This document shows positions 49,805-63,201 of a stretch of DNA of 64,000 bases, one piece after another. Numbering within the stretch: position 1 is the stretch's first letter; the number at the start of each line of letters is the position of its first letter. Origin of the DNA: Pavona decussata (Eukaryota); the NCBI GenBank assembly GCA_977016875.1, contig CDRNST010000054.1, forward strand, positions 62,001 through 126,000, written 5' to 3'. The position numbers and the translations under genes are program-made. The notes beneath the pieces are model-generated. The model was not told the DNA's origin and ran no database searches. It saw only the letters and a program-made list of their open reading frames with translations.

Positions 49805-52727
49805 CCTAGAACAAGTGTACTGCCAGGCACTTCAACTGCAAAGAAGTGTCCCAGAAGACAGCAAGTTGCAGAATGCACTCAATGTTGCCACTTGCTTGCT
49901 CAAAATAAAGAGCTCAAAGAGGCAAATGCCCTGCTGACTGAGCAGCTAAATAATTCCAGAGGTCTGGTAGGGCTGCCAGGTGAAGTACCGAGAGCTGGAA
50001 AAATTTCACAGGAAACTGCTAAAAGATATCAGGTAAGAGTAGTGCATGCAAATTACAATACAAGAAAATAGAATTTTCTTTGCAAACCCATTTCTCAAAG
50101 ATTCTTATTCCCATTTTGAGCAATTTAAATAACCTTTTGACTGATTGGTCAGTTAGTTCTCCTTAGTAATAGCTCTGTCAATTCCAAGCCTTGCATCACC
50201 CCCCCTCCTCCTTTTGATTTAAAAAATGTTGTAAATGCTTCATGGTGTGGCCAGCTTATGCGTTCACATGCCCCACAGCTCCTTCATGTACTGTGCACAT
50301 TCCTCTTTACGTCATCTTAATTGCATGTGGAAAGAGTGCAAGTATTTGAACATGCATGCTGGGGTGGAAGCATATGCTACTTTTAAAATCCAAAAGACCG
50401 CATTGCTTTTGACAATACCCCACCACTGGGCTGACCATCATTGGCAAATTCCCTACTGTGTGGAAGGTGAAGTGAAAAAATGCCCATGGGTAGGGGGTGG
50501 GGGCGCATGAGCGGGCTTGGAATTGACGGAGCCATATTTGACATGAACATTATTTTGTGTTCATTGTAGTTATTGGGTTAAATGCACAATGAATACGGCA
50601 ACCTTCTCTCTCCATACTCTCATGTTCTTTGTTAATTTTGGACAAAAAATAATCGTAGGATTTCATTATTTAGTACACCTTCTGGGAAGTTTAACTCAGT
50701 CCTGAAGTTTGAATATCCCAAAAATGTACATATGAAAATCGATGGGCCAAATTGAAGATAAACGAACGTCTTTTATACTTGCAGATGATTGAACTGTCAC
50801 CAGACCTGTTTGAAAGTCACCTTACCAAGGCACATTCAAAGAAAACTGCAACAGCAACAGCCTGCTTTCTGTTGAGCTGCTTTTATAGCGAGCAGGAGCT
50901 CATTGGTAAAAGCCTTGGTGGCAAAAATGGAAAAGCATCTGTTGATACAGACATTTTGGAGAGTATACTGAGTATGTATAAGTAGAGATTAATGCATTTT
51001 TAATTAATTGTGTGCATGTGCACTTAATTAAACAATTTTTGTGAATGCATGAAAAAATAAAAAAAAAATCTCCTAAAATTTGCAAAAGCAAAGTTTCATG
51101 ACATGGCAACAAATTTAGTTAAAAAAAAGAACGTGATCAATGTGATTAACCAGATCATTATCCACTAGGAAGCTACCTGTTTTATCGTCTTTTGATCAAT
51201 ACAGTTAATTGGCCAATGTTTTACACGAATATATATTGAACAGACAACAGAGAAACTGAGGCAGTGTCAATCTAACTATCATCTCCATTATAGTTAGATT
51301 GACTCTCCTTAAAATATCTTTTGTTTGACATTCATCAAACTTACCATCATTTGGTTCCTTTATATTTTTGTTCAATGCTTACAAACAGTGCTTTAGGCAA
51401 GACCTGTCACTGTTGTCATGAAGCTCTTTGGAACCTCTTATTCCATTGGTTCTTGTAAGTGTGAAGCTCTGTGGTTTTAGGGCTAGGGTTCATTGTTGCT
51501 ATATTGTTTGTATATCATTTTCTGAGCCAATCCTGTGAGACGTTCCAAAGAGCTTCATGGAGATCCCACCTGACAAGATGACCTACCCCGAATCACCAGC
51601 TAAAATTCATTCTGGCTCCATTTGTAAGGGAGCTTTAAATGTTGTTTTCTGACAGGTACTATGCAATGTAGCACTGGCCTCAAAATCTTAGTGAAAGCAC
51701 TGCTAGAAAAGATTTATTTCAGATTCTTTGTAGAAAGTAAAAATTTTGACAAAGCTTTATTTTCGCCTATCAAAATTGCAAAAATATAATTATATACACT
51801 TGAGTGTGCACAGTGTTGTAACATTAATTTTACAAGTACACTCAGAAAGTCATGGAAGGGACAGCTTCAAAAGCTGGGAATGTAATATATTACGTCAAAC
51901 TTATCAAACATTTAGCAGATCAAGTGGTAAATTTTAACATTTGTCATGTATCTTACAGCTGTTGGCTGCTCTTCATCAAGTCTAAATGCCAAGTCTCTGG
52001 AGTAAATATATATCCTACTCTTTATTTTTCACAGGTTTTACAAGAAAGAAATTTGCAGAGTGGACGTCAGAAAGCCCAATAAAGATTGCCCTCAGGAACA
52101 AGATAACTTGCATTGAGGCTAATTTTAAAAAAAAGACAGTGAAAGTTGATTAAACAATAGATACCCAAGGGATAGGTTTACCTTGGCAGAAGGCTTAAAG
52201 GTAACCCTAACTGCCTTTTAAACACTCAGGTGAGTTTTCCCCTACCTGAAGAGCATTTACAAGGCAGCTAGGGTTATTCCTCGTTATGGAAACCTTCTCC
52301 AATCTTGTAAATAGTCCCCAAGTCTTTCCTATTGAGAAAACGTTGAAACTGAAGAAAATGATTTCAAAATTACGTTTTCAATTGCTAAGATCAGTTTATT
52401 CTAGTGAGAAGAAATTTGCCTGATATTGAAAAGTTACAAATCTTTCCTATTAATTCTTATCAAATGCTTTACCCAGTGAACTTATTTTCAATTTAACTTA
52501 ATTTCTTGATCAAAATATGATATAAAAATATAGTATTTCAGAAGACATTGAAAGTTATATTTTTTGTTTAATAAGACAGATTTGTGTTACATTACAATGA
52601 TGTCAGTTTTTTAACTTTACTGTTTAAAGAGCAAAGAAAGTTTTTGTCTTCACTGATTTGCCACAAAATTTTAAATAAATATTAAATTATACTGGTGTAA
52701 TACTGATGAACGTCTTGATTACTAGTT

Positions 52728-53092
52728 ATATCTAATATTATAAAATCATCGAGAAATCGGCGCGCTGTGATTGGTCAGTTCGAGTTCATTATAGCTCCAT
52801 AAAGCACGCTTCTTACGTCATGCGCGTGCTTTATGGCAGTAATAATGCACGCTGCTTACGTCACAAGTTTGAGCGCGCGCTACTTAAACATTTTATAAAA
52901 GAAATAAAGAACTTGTCCTCGTGCATTGTTGAGTTATATAAGCACTTGGGAATTCTTAAGAACACTCGAGAAGTGCAAGAAGCACTCGGCTACGTCTCGT
53001 GCTTCTCTATGCACTTCTCTCGTGTTCTTAAAATTTCCTGCGTGCTTATATAACTCAACAATGCACTCGGGCGCGTTTTTTATTTCTTTAAT
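52728..53092. mobile_element. Non-autonomous hairpin element (Crypton-type MITE-like) in the right CACTA subterminal region
   Basis: Long palindrome at ~52896-53090 (gtgcattgttgagttatataagcac / gtgcttatataactcaacaatgcac). The 5' part carries gctgtgattggtc. Confidence 0.55.
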
Positions 53093-53129
53093 ATATGTGC
53101 TTGTATTTTACTGGGAGATAGCCATATGC

Positions 53130-53352
53130 ATGAAGTATACTTGAAGTATACTCAAAAGTATACTTTAAGTGTACTTTTGTGAAGTATACTTTAAGTATAC
53201 TTTGCTGTGAAGTATACTTTTAGTATACTTTGCTGGATGTCCAAAAGTTATATACTTTAAGTATACTATTTGTAAGTATACTTTAAGTATACTTAAAATT
53301 CAAATGAAGTATACTTTTTAAGGGGTTTATCACCTATTTGAAGTATACTTCA
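53130..53352. repeat. Right subterminal array of AAGTATACTT motifs
   Basis: More than 10 copies or variants lie directly inside the right terminus. Confidence 0.9.
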
Positions 53353-56245
53353 AATGTACTAGAATTCTACAAGGGAAGCTTTAACGTCTCACATCTTTTC
53401 CCACCACTTTTTTTTTGCTTATTAAACCACAAAGAACAAAAAACAAAACTCTATATGATTTTGAAAATAGATGAAAAATGCTTACATATAGAAAGTGATA
53501 CTGTTGTCGAAATCTTGGCGAAAATAAAAAAAACTGGGGTGTGTGCAGGAAATTGCAAAGACAAAATGGCTAAGAAATTACTCATTATTACATCACTCAA
53601 TTAGACTTGCCCTCTGCAAAGAGAAAGTCAGTCAATATCTCATGAGACATCCCGAAAAGGTAGTGAGTACTGGGATTGTTGCCTTTCGTTTTATCCTGTC
53701 TGCTGGGCATTTATCTCCTTATCAAAAGAATGTTTGTCAAAGGTATCAGAAAAAGAGAAACATGGATACTCTGTTTGCTAGTTCCGATCCTTCATCACAA
53801 AACATGCCTTCATTATGTCATGTCACAAGGACTTGTCCTGTAGTGTTTAAGAGGACATTTGCATCTTCAGTCTAAAGTGCGTGTTGCTCACAAGACATGC
53901 AATATTTTTCTTTTTACAGAATTAAGGATAATAATCGCAGGTACCATTCCATATACCTATTGCGGGACCTCTTATTAATACCTTAAAATAGGGGCACCCA
54001 CGTCTAATTCCATGAGCGGGGTGAAGGCCAAAGTGTAAAAAGGTAGCGACCTCAAGATGTCAAAGCAATTCTGGAGAAAAAATGCATACGCTTATAGTAG
54101 ACTGCTTCTTACTTGTAAAAAAAAATTAAAAAAGTCAATTGTCAAACCACTAATGTCTGAAGGATGTGAGTGCGGAATGTTTAGATGATTACCACTTGCA
54201 GATTCCATTATTCCTTGACTGAACTAGAAATGATTATTGGTAGTTTTTACATATTTCTTTTTAAAAGATGATCGCACTATGCTCAGCAGCTGAGGTTCTG
54301 CAGTGCTTGGAAGTGTTAAATGAGGGCTGTGATGGTGAAACTGCCATTCTCCCATTCCTGACACACACCTTTGAAGGGGTAGGTTTTGCAAGCATAACAG
54401 CTGTGGTGTTCTATTTTTTTTTAAGATACTTTGTTTTCACTTATCTTAAGTTGAGTGTGGTTCTGATAGTGTCTGCTTTTGAGAGTTATGACTGCCCTTT
54501 ACCTGTAGCAGTCTGTAAGAATGTTCCAACATTAGACATTGGGAAAATTAATTGTGTTTGAGCTATCATCTCTCGTTTAATTTGTGCTAATTTTGTGAAA
54601 TCTGTAAAACTTTGTAACACCTGACACTGATTGGCCTAATCCTACAGCAATAACCTACAATGTAGGTCTCTCCTCTTTTAGATATGTTGCCAGGCATATG
54701 ATGACAGGAGGGCAATAGTGATTATCCTATTTAATCCCTGCAACTGCAGCAAATTTCAAGGCACCATGCTGAGGTACATGTACAAATAATACAGGCATTT
54801 CCTATTTTACCATTGACAAGTTTTGTCCTTGAACTAGACCCCTTTACCCAAGGAATTAAACTAAAGAGGGAAACACTAATAATAATTAGCTAATATCGTT
54901 AAATTGCCTCTCATTGACCAGTGTCCTACAAAAGGTGCAAGAACAAAGTACTCAGCATGATTGGTATTTCTGGGCAGCAGAGACAACATCAAAAAATGGC
55001 AAAAGAGGTATGAAAACTTAGTAAGGAAGGGTAGTTTGATATGATTCCTCGGAAGAGCACAAATTTTTTGTATGGCCATAATTTAATAAACGTAGCTTTC
55101 ATTATGCCAAAGTGAAATGCATGAACTACACTTGTTTCTACTGTTAACTTTATTAAATTGCCACATTTCTTCAAGGGACTTGTTTATGTGCAATAAACGT
55201 TTTAGTGCTTGCTCAATTAATAATTAAAAATGATAGGCTCTAATTAAGTGGTGATTATTGATTTAATTCAAATTCTAAACAGCACTAATGATTGATTACA
55301 GGAAATTATACCTAGTAAAAATAATATTACAAACTCTTGATAGCAAGTACAACATTGACCAATTGTCAAAATTGTCTATATTTACTGTAATTGACTTATT
55401 GCTTTGATAATTTATATCATAGTGCTTGACAAGTATGGAAATGGCAGGGATGACCAAATAATTTTCTTAGTGCCATCCACTCAACAAACTCCAGAATTTG
55501 TTGATGGCATTGACGGTATGTGTATTACTGGTACATTAAATTATCTAATTAATGTTCCCCATAAGGTGTAAATTTTGTATTAGACACTCTCTTCAAATAA
55601 ACACAAAGTGTCAGTCCAAAAGATTCCCTCACAAGAATCCGCTCATTTATCTTCTTAATTTCTGTAATGCTCAATATTGTCAGCAACTTTCTATGAGGTT
55701 GTCCTATATCAGTAACATCCAGGAATGACGAGACCCACTACAAGGTTCTATTTTCCACAATTTTTGTCAGTGAGTTTTGAGTAAAATAAATGTCTCTCTA
55801 ATGAATGGCTCATCACATTTAACGCCCTCGCTACATGTAGGTCCTCTTAAATGTAACACCCCAACCTGACATGAAAGATGCACATTACTTGCTCAAGGTG
55901 TAAATAATAAGTAATGTAATTGTTTTAACATGGCTCAATGACTATTTAGATAAGAAAATGTTGTTCATGCCCGATGAAGTCGCAAGTTGCATGTACATGT
56001 TACCTATATGTGAATGCAACTAGTGTACATTTAATGAATAAGAAGTGCACAACAACCTTACTAGCACATGTTGTTTAATGTAGGTCCAGCCCTTACGCAT
56101 TTTGATTACACAAGGTTGTGTGAGAGAATTAATGCAATGATTCAAGGCCTGAGTAGGGAAAGGTGAGTTTGCATGGAACTTAGGTATAGAACATGCAATT
56201 GAATATTCACAAATGAAAAGACTATAATATTTTGGGAATGGTTAA

Positions 56246-59200
56246 AGACTCTCTGTCAACCAAGATGCAACGCGCCTGTCGGTGGAGGTTTCGTATGGTA
56301 CGAAACCTCCATTTTCCTCGTTGTCTTTTGTTCAGTTGCAAAAAATCGTTCTGAATTAGAGCTGTCTACTAAAACGAAGATATTTTGTTGTTGATCGTGA
56401 TTATAAGCATTTTTGATTGCCTGTGTGATTGAGTGGTTGAACGATGTGATTGCGAGAATATGGCGGCCTCGACAAATCATGGTGGAAGGCCTCGGAGACC
56501 CGAGCCTGTGAAGGTTATTTATCTACGGAAATCAGTTTGCGACCACTGGAGAGGAGCCAGAAGGATTTGTTTGGATATTCCAAACTTACGGATAGTGAAT
56601 TTGCAGAAGTGTTATTACAGTAAGTGACACTTGCAATTTTCTTTGTTTAAATCTCGCTTGTCATGAGCTTTTATTTTTGAACCATACCCAGGATTCCTAC
56701 ATGTAATTTTGTTTGGAGACTCTTCTTACGGTTCTCTTTTTGTTTCTGTAGCTCGTGTGTTGTTAACAAACCCAAAGAAGAAAGAAGAGGAAGAAAAGAA
56801 AGTAGTTCACTTGGTGATGTCAGTTTTTCAGGTGACAAAGCATGTAACTGCTACCTTTATAATTTTCATGACGCAGATTTGCTGGCACAAGACCTAAAAT
56901 AATATCTCTTTTGCTGGGCACCTCATCGAACACAGATAATTGATCTTGCATTAATCAAAATTTAGACCTTTTCTGAACATACATTCAATTTTGGTTATCT
57001 TTTTCAGCTCAACCAGGATTTTGCTCTACACCGGCAAAGAAGAAAAGAACAGAGGACCTAGTATCAGCCTTCCCTGATGCATCCACCAGGTGAGAAATTA
57101 GGATATCGTTTTGATGAGACACTTTGCTTGTTGCAAGGGATGAGAGAAGCTTATCACATACTGTTTCAGTCAGTGATTGTCATTGATATGCAATTTCCCT
57201 AGCCCTGTGTTTTGAATTTTACAAAAAAATCCAGATTTTTTTGTTACTTCAGAAATTAAAATTCAGACACTAATGCTGTTGTCAACACCACCACAAATGG
57301 TTTCTTTATATTTTGTTTACTCTGTGCGCCTTTTTTCAGTGATGTAGACACAACTAGTGTGGATGTTGCAGTGGGGAGTCTCATGGAAGTTGATGAGTTC
57401 AATGTGGCCATGGATGATCCCTTTTCCAGAACCAGAAAAGGGAACGAGAATAATCCATTTGTTGATGGTGAAGGTGATAAGAGTAAAAGCTCTGTTCCTG
57501 TCGAAAGGGAAGCCATATCAGTTCCTGGTGTAAGTATGTGCCCAGTTCCTGGTGATAGCAACAATGAGCAAGAATTTAACGAGAGGTTAGTTTAGTTTTC
57601 AATGATGTGTCAAGAAGTTGGCGTTATAAGGCCAGGCCAAACAAGACCAAGAAGATGGTTATTGACTAAGAGTTTTCTTCACTGCTAGGCATCTGTCATC
57701 AGCTTGGTGAAATCAGATCAGTAGTTGCCAAGAGTTCATCACATGACAAGTCAAATCGCAGAGGTCTTATGATAGTTTCAGTGAGTCTCGCTCTCATTTT
57801 GGTCTGGCCTTTAGCTATAGCAGGTTACTACTAACATACATAGGAAACAAGTTTGTGTTTCACAAAACTGGAGGTATGGTGTGTTGGACAGTGGGACAGT
57901 TGTATTGCATTACTTGTTTATATTGTTCAGTGTGCACAATCTCCACTGGTCCACACACCCACTCATTATTGCCCGTATTACATTATTCATTTGTAGACTG
58001 TCAAGGATAGTGCTTGATTTGTATGATGACACATCAAGCAAGGATAGTAGTGACAGTAAAGATGGAATGGATGAAGACAGTGAAAGGCCTGCTTTGGATC
58101 CAGCTCCTAATGAAATGCCATGCAGTAATGAGTATGTAATTTAAATTGGTTATGATATGATGACCACTTTGAAATGGCATCAGATATGCCATTTGGGATT
58201 GTAAGCAGAACATATTTTTGGTGTTCCACTTGGTTATGAATTTTGTTCCCTTTCATTTTGGATAAGAACATGTACCCTTGTAGACACAGATGCAAAGGGG
58301 ACAGAACATACATATTTCTTATGAAAGAATGTTAGAACCATTTTCACATACACATTCAATTTGATTGTAACTGGTGATGCCAAAAGGACAGCACAAGTTT
58401 GTTTCAAATGTACTGTTTCCAGGAAATTAATATCATGGCTGTTCTTGTGAAGAGTTCACAGAACAATGTGTAGCCAAATAATTTGGCTGTGCATTGGTAT
58501 ACAACCAATTTGTATTTGTGTACCACTACACATACACATACATGTATGCATGCATGTTTGTAAAGCATAGGAATTCTTATCTACTGGATTTCATAGTTGA
58601 TTGTTGGATTTTTAGGGAGTATTTTGTGGTTGACTTTTCGGACGCACAGACCACCAGTACTGAGGGATCTGTCCTTGATGATGAGGTCACAACACCTGAG
58701 GCTGATCAGACAGCTTTTCACGAGGACACCATCACAGAGCAGGAAAGTCTCCAAGCCAAACTGCAGGAGGTATATGAAGGAGACAAGAAGGAAAGAGTGA
58801 AGAGGGAACTGGAACTCTCCAATACTGCAAAAGTGTTAGTAACGGTGGAGAAAATTAAAGAACTGATTTCAACCACTTGTAAAACATGCAGCAGTCCCTT
58901 CACCATACAAGAAACCAAATCTGGTGCTGTGTTACTATTGCACTGGAGCTGTGACAATGGACATTCTGGAACATGGGCCTCGTCCGAGCTCCTCACCAAG
59001 AAGAATCACCAGTAGGTGTTTGTAAACAATGTTCAGCTTGCAGCTGCTGTGTTACTTAGTGGCAACAATTGTCAGAAGATCAACCTTCTGGCCAAGTTCT
59101 TTGGTTTACAGTTCATCTCTGAAACCATCTTTTATAGAATCCAGAAACTGTATTGCTTTCCTGCAGTACAGACCATGTGGGTTGATGTAAAAGCAGCAAT

Positions 59201-59484
59201 TAATGATCATCTGCCATCAACTGGAGTGACGCTGTCAGGAGATGGCAGAAATGATTCACCAGGACACACTGCCCGTTACTGTGTATACACACTTATGGAG
59301 CAGTCGTCTAGAGCAGTGGTGGACCTGGAGGTCTTGGACAAACGAGAGACTGCTGGGAAGTCTGCAGCCATGGAGAAACTGGCCCTTTCCGGACTGTTGC
59401 AGAGGTTGATGCATGTGCTCAAGATTGAGCATATCGTCACAGATGCATCAACATCCATAAAGGCATTGGTGCGAGAAATGAAAG
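56246..59484 (+). mobile_element. Kolobok-type DNA transposon 5' part: spliced transposase from ATG 56460, core exon ~58615-59484, truncated before the third catalytic residue
   Basis: TTAA followed by AG terminus at 56242-56247. Core motifs C..C..GAVL.L.W.C.NGH...W.SS, N.QLAAAVLLSGN, LSGDGRNDSPGHTARYC.YT, IVTDAS..I. In-frame TAG at 59013. Confidence 0.72.
57630..57809. mobile_element. Short MITE with GGCC termini (PIF/Harbinger-like) in a Kolobok intron
   Basis: GGCCAGGCCAAAC ... TTTTGGTCTGGCC inverted ends with TAA/TTT flanks. Confidence 0.45.
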
Positions 59485-60481
59485 GTATTTTGATTTTAAT
59501 TAAAACCATGTATGAAGTAAAGAAGACTTACACTGTCATGAAATTTTTGGACCACTTTTAAAATTTGGAAAATGTGTCTGTATCGATGTATGAGCAATCT
59601 GTGTATGAGTACAGGCATTACATGCAAGTAATGATATCAGCACATATAATTGTCTTCAAATCTGCAAAATCATTGGGACGGTGCCCCTTAAAGCTCTTGC
59701 CTAGTGTCAATTATTATGGGGGTCTACTGTACTTGTATCACAATGGTGTAATACAGCCCCAAACAGTTGCCTTTCTAGATTAACTATAATTCCTTCTCCT
59801 AACTTCCAATCCATTTGACATCTATAATGGGGATCTCTCTAGCATGGTAAAGGTGGCTGTTTAGATGTTCAACTGTAGCATCCATTCACTTAGCCAGTCA
59901 GAAATTATTGCTGAATTTAATTTGTACACACCAGTTTTGGCTACTTGAGTAAATATCAAGAGGAAAAAAAGATCCAAACTTGCCTAAATTCACTGTAACT
60001 CTATTTCATAATGTGACTCCAAACAACCTCCTTTGAAATCCATGTAAGGTGAATGCAATCACAGCAGATGTTCCTGCACCAATATTCAACAAAACTGCTG
60101 TATCTGTGACTTTGCTTTCAGCAAGCTAAAGACTGCTTTGGTTCACCAGGTAAATTCACAAAAACCGGATATTATTAAGTGTAAGCAGGTACTAAATTTA
60201 AACATAAATATAAAGTTGAGGTATAAAACTAATAAAGAGGACAAGGCCATATTGATGAAATTCCTAATGAGCTTTAATTTTTCATTTCCACTTTAAACAT
60301 TCCATTCCCTATGAAGCCATTTCATAGAAGGCAAACATCTAAGGCAAACTGTGATGTTCAAATCTAATAAGTATGCTTCAATTTTTACAATAAAGTAACA
60401 AAAGTGTACTTGGTGGTCACCCTCTTTACATGTTTATGCTGCCTAATAATCTCAATACTTGCTTTTGTTTCAATTCGATTA

Positions 60482-62001
60482 GGAAAGAGCTTCTTCTTTC
60501 GTGGTTGTGGCTGGCCTTCTACCAAACCAAAGCCAGCATCGTTTGTTGAGGATAAAGCATGGATAACAACAGTCAACAAGCTAATGGACATCCTATTTGG
60601 CAAAGATTACCTTGGCTATCACTATGACCAAAGCAAGGTTTGCTTTGTCACTGTAGAAGACTCACCCGATTCTAATGGCAACCATGATGAATGGGAGGAC
60701 GATTACTACCAAACCGTGAATTGTACTCCAATGTCTCCTCAATCACCCTCAGTGAAAAAAAAAGCAGGAAAGATAATGAGTGGCATGCAGACCAGAAGTG
60801 TTAACCTGCGAAAAGATGCCTTTTTCCTGCTTCCAAATCAAATTCCTGTCCACTGCCATCTGGAGTGAGGATGAGAAAGCAGCCTCAAAGTACCCAAAAA
60901 AATTCCATGCCCTGCAAGCAGCACACCAGAATCTCTAAAACCTGTTCAAAAACCACTCAAGTTTTGCATATCACAAACCAGTAGCAAATCTAATCCATGA
61001 GACAGAGGTTGTTCCTATTTTTAATGAATTTCAAAAGGACAATCCTTACTTGCTCAAGAGTCGCCCATCAGAACACACACTGATGATAGCACAAAAGATC
61101 ATTAGCACATGCTCTTCCCAGGTTGATAGATGCAAACACCATACAGTTAGATGATAGTGATGGTCCAAGTGAAGTCAAAATTGGTACATTGAGAAATTTC
61201 AATACCAGTGGCATTGATGTCCTTTTGAGATATTGTTCCATTGCTAACATGCAACACAACTTTAAAGACGAAATGGCCTGGCTACATTTCAACACTGACA
61301 AGTTTACTCTCAGAGAAACTGAAATCAAATTCCTCTGCAGCTATTTCGAAAGTAGCCCCCATGCCCCACTGCGTGTTGTTTCTTCTCTTGATGGAATTTG
61401 TGTAGATTTTAAATCTTTTTCTACGTTGGCAGGAGAGCGCTACATTGACAACTTCATCATCAATTATTGCTTGAAGAAGTCACTAATTAATAAGCAGAAA
61501 CAAACAAAGTTGTTCAATTCTGTGTTTGCCATCTGAAGCCTTGTCATGGTTGGCGAATCAAGATTTGGATCCATCAAAACCATCATTCAAAAGGACCTCC
61601 ACCATCCAACTGAACTTAAACTTATCCTAATGCCACTACATATGCCAGACAAAGATCACTGGGGACTTGTCTGTGTTGGCCTACCAATGATGACTGTATG
61701 GTATGATGATGGTCTTAAACTTTCCCCACCAGGAGATCTCTGTAACTCACTGGTCAAGCTTCGAAGTAACATGTTCCCATCAGTTGATAACTTTGACTGC
61801 ACGGTGTCCAATCATTTGTCCACACAACAGTATAGACACATGTGCATGCCCCAACAGAGACTTGATGGTAAGACAGCTGGTGGTGAAAGTTGTGGGATGG
61901 GTGTCATATTATTGGCTCATGATATCATCCTTGAAGAGAGAGTGCCTCCTAGTCAAATCATGTGGACTTTGAAGAATCCAACTACTATCGGAAGAAACTG
62001 A
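60482..62001 (+). pseudogene. Ulp1/SENP-like (peptidase C48) cysteine protease, degraded
   Basis: SFSTL.GERYIDNFIINY, LILMPLH...DHWGLV (His), VWYDD (Asp), PQQ.LDG...SCG (Gln/Cys). Stops and frameshifts are present. Confidence 0.75.
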
Positions 62002-62044
62002 TGCTGTATATACTCACATGATTCACCAGAAGCAAGCAGTCATA

Positions 62045-62640
62045 ACCTCATGGGTAGAACATACCTGATGGTTACAATACGAACATCCACTAATCTAACA
62101 AAAAAAAAAAATTAATCTCGCCATTAACTATTTGTAACCGTGTGGGTAGCACATACCTGATGGTTACAATATCATCCACTAATCTAACAAAAAAATTAAT
62201 CTTGCCATTAACTATTTGTAACTGCGTGGGTAGTACATACCTGATGATTACAATATCACCCACTAATCTAACAAAAAAATTAATCTTGCCATTAACTACT
62301 TGTAACGGGGTGGGTAGTCCATACCTGATGGTTACAATATCATCCACTAATCTAACAAAAAAATTAATCGTTCCATTAACTATGTGTAACCGCGTGGGTA
62401 GTACATATCTGATGGTTACAATATCATCCACTAATCTAGCCAAAAAAATAAATCTCGCCATTAACTATTTGTAACCACGTGGGTAGTACATACCTGATGG
62501 TTACAATATCATCAACTAACCTAGCCAAAAAAATAAATCTCACCATTAACTATGTGTAACCGCATGGGTAGTACATACCTGATGGTTACAACATCTTTCA
62601 ATAATCATGCCATCAACTATTTTAACCTCATGGGCAGCGT
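62045..62640. repeat. 84-85-bp minisatellite, ~7 copies
   Basis: tgggtag at 62051, 62143, 62227, 62311, 62395, 62480, 62565. Unit tgggtagtacatacctgatggttacaatatcatccactaatctaacaaaaaaattaatc... Confidence 0.93.
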
Positions 62641-62952
62641 ATAGTATTAATTTCATAATGTATCATTGCCCCCTAGATATGGATCACTGTCATCACCAGA
62701 GAACTGATGGGTGAACTCCTACTACGGTAAGTATTAAACGTACAGTTACTTATAGTGTTTATGTCCATTCATGAAACACATTCATAAAAATACTGATGCC
62801 CCCAACATTTCCAGTGTTTTACCATCCCATGCCACATGAAAAGAAAGAATTTCTACATCATTCTACAGTTGTGAACAATAGTACCCTAGCCTTTGAGTGA
62901 ATGCAAGGATGGAATTGTAAATAACACTGCAAATAGAACGTGATTAACATAT

Positions 62953-63201
62953 AAAGGGCAGACCATTTGACTTTTGAGGTGTGTGGAGTTGGCCCAGTGT
63001 TCAGAAAAATAAATGTATCCTGCACACAGACTTGAAACAAATAAAAATTCTTGCATGGAGTTAAGCTTAGTAGTTCGATATTTGCACCCAAAAAATCAGA
63101 GGGAAAATCTATTTTAGTAGTAAGCTTGAAAAAAATTCTTGCCCAAACCAAACGAGCTGCACCCTAGTCCCTCTCCTCAAAAGTCAAATAGTCGGCTCCT
63201 A
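62953..63201. mobile_element. MITE with ~26-bp imperfect TIRs (Harbinger-like)
   Basis: agggcagaccatttgacttttgagg ... cctcaaaagtcaaatagtcggctcct. Confidence 0.55.

Larger units (their letters stand above)
40539..52153 (+). pseudogene. BEN-domain protein gene (second CACTA gene); exons ~40539-40599, 41010-41147, 41780-42254, 42583-42713+49814-50031, 50784-50970, 52034-52153; interrupted by the MULE
   Basis: Canonical GT-AG junctions. The frame is restored across the MULE TSD (GIKRPRT|SVLPG). A CxxC plus coiled coil precedes TATACFLLSCFYSEQELIGKSLGGKNGKASVDTDILESIL...IKIALRNKI, a BEN-domain pattern. Confidence 0.72.

Noticed and set aside
59657-59692. gggacggtgcccctta as the right end of the Kolobok starting at 56246
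   Set aside because: It is not complementary to the left terminus AGACTCTCTGTC.
62045-62640. CRISPR-like array
   Set aside because: The whole 84-bp unit repeats, there are no unique spacers and no cas genes, and the context is eukaryotic.
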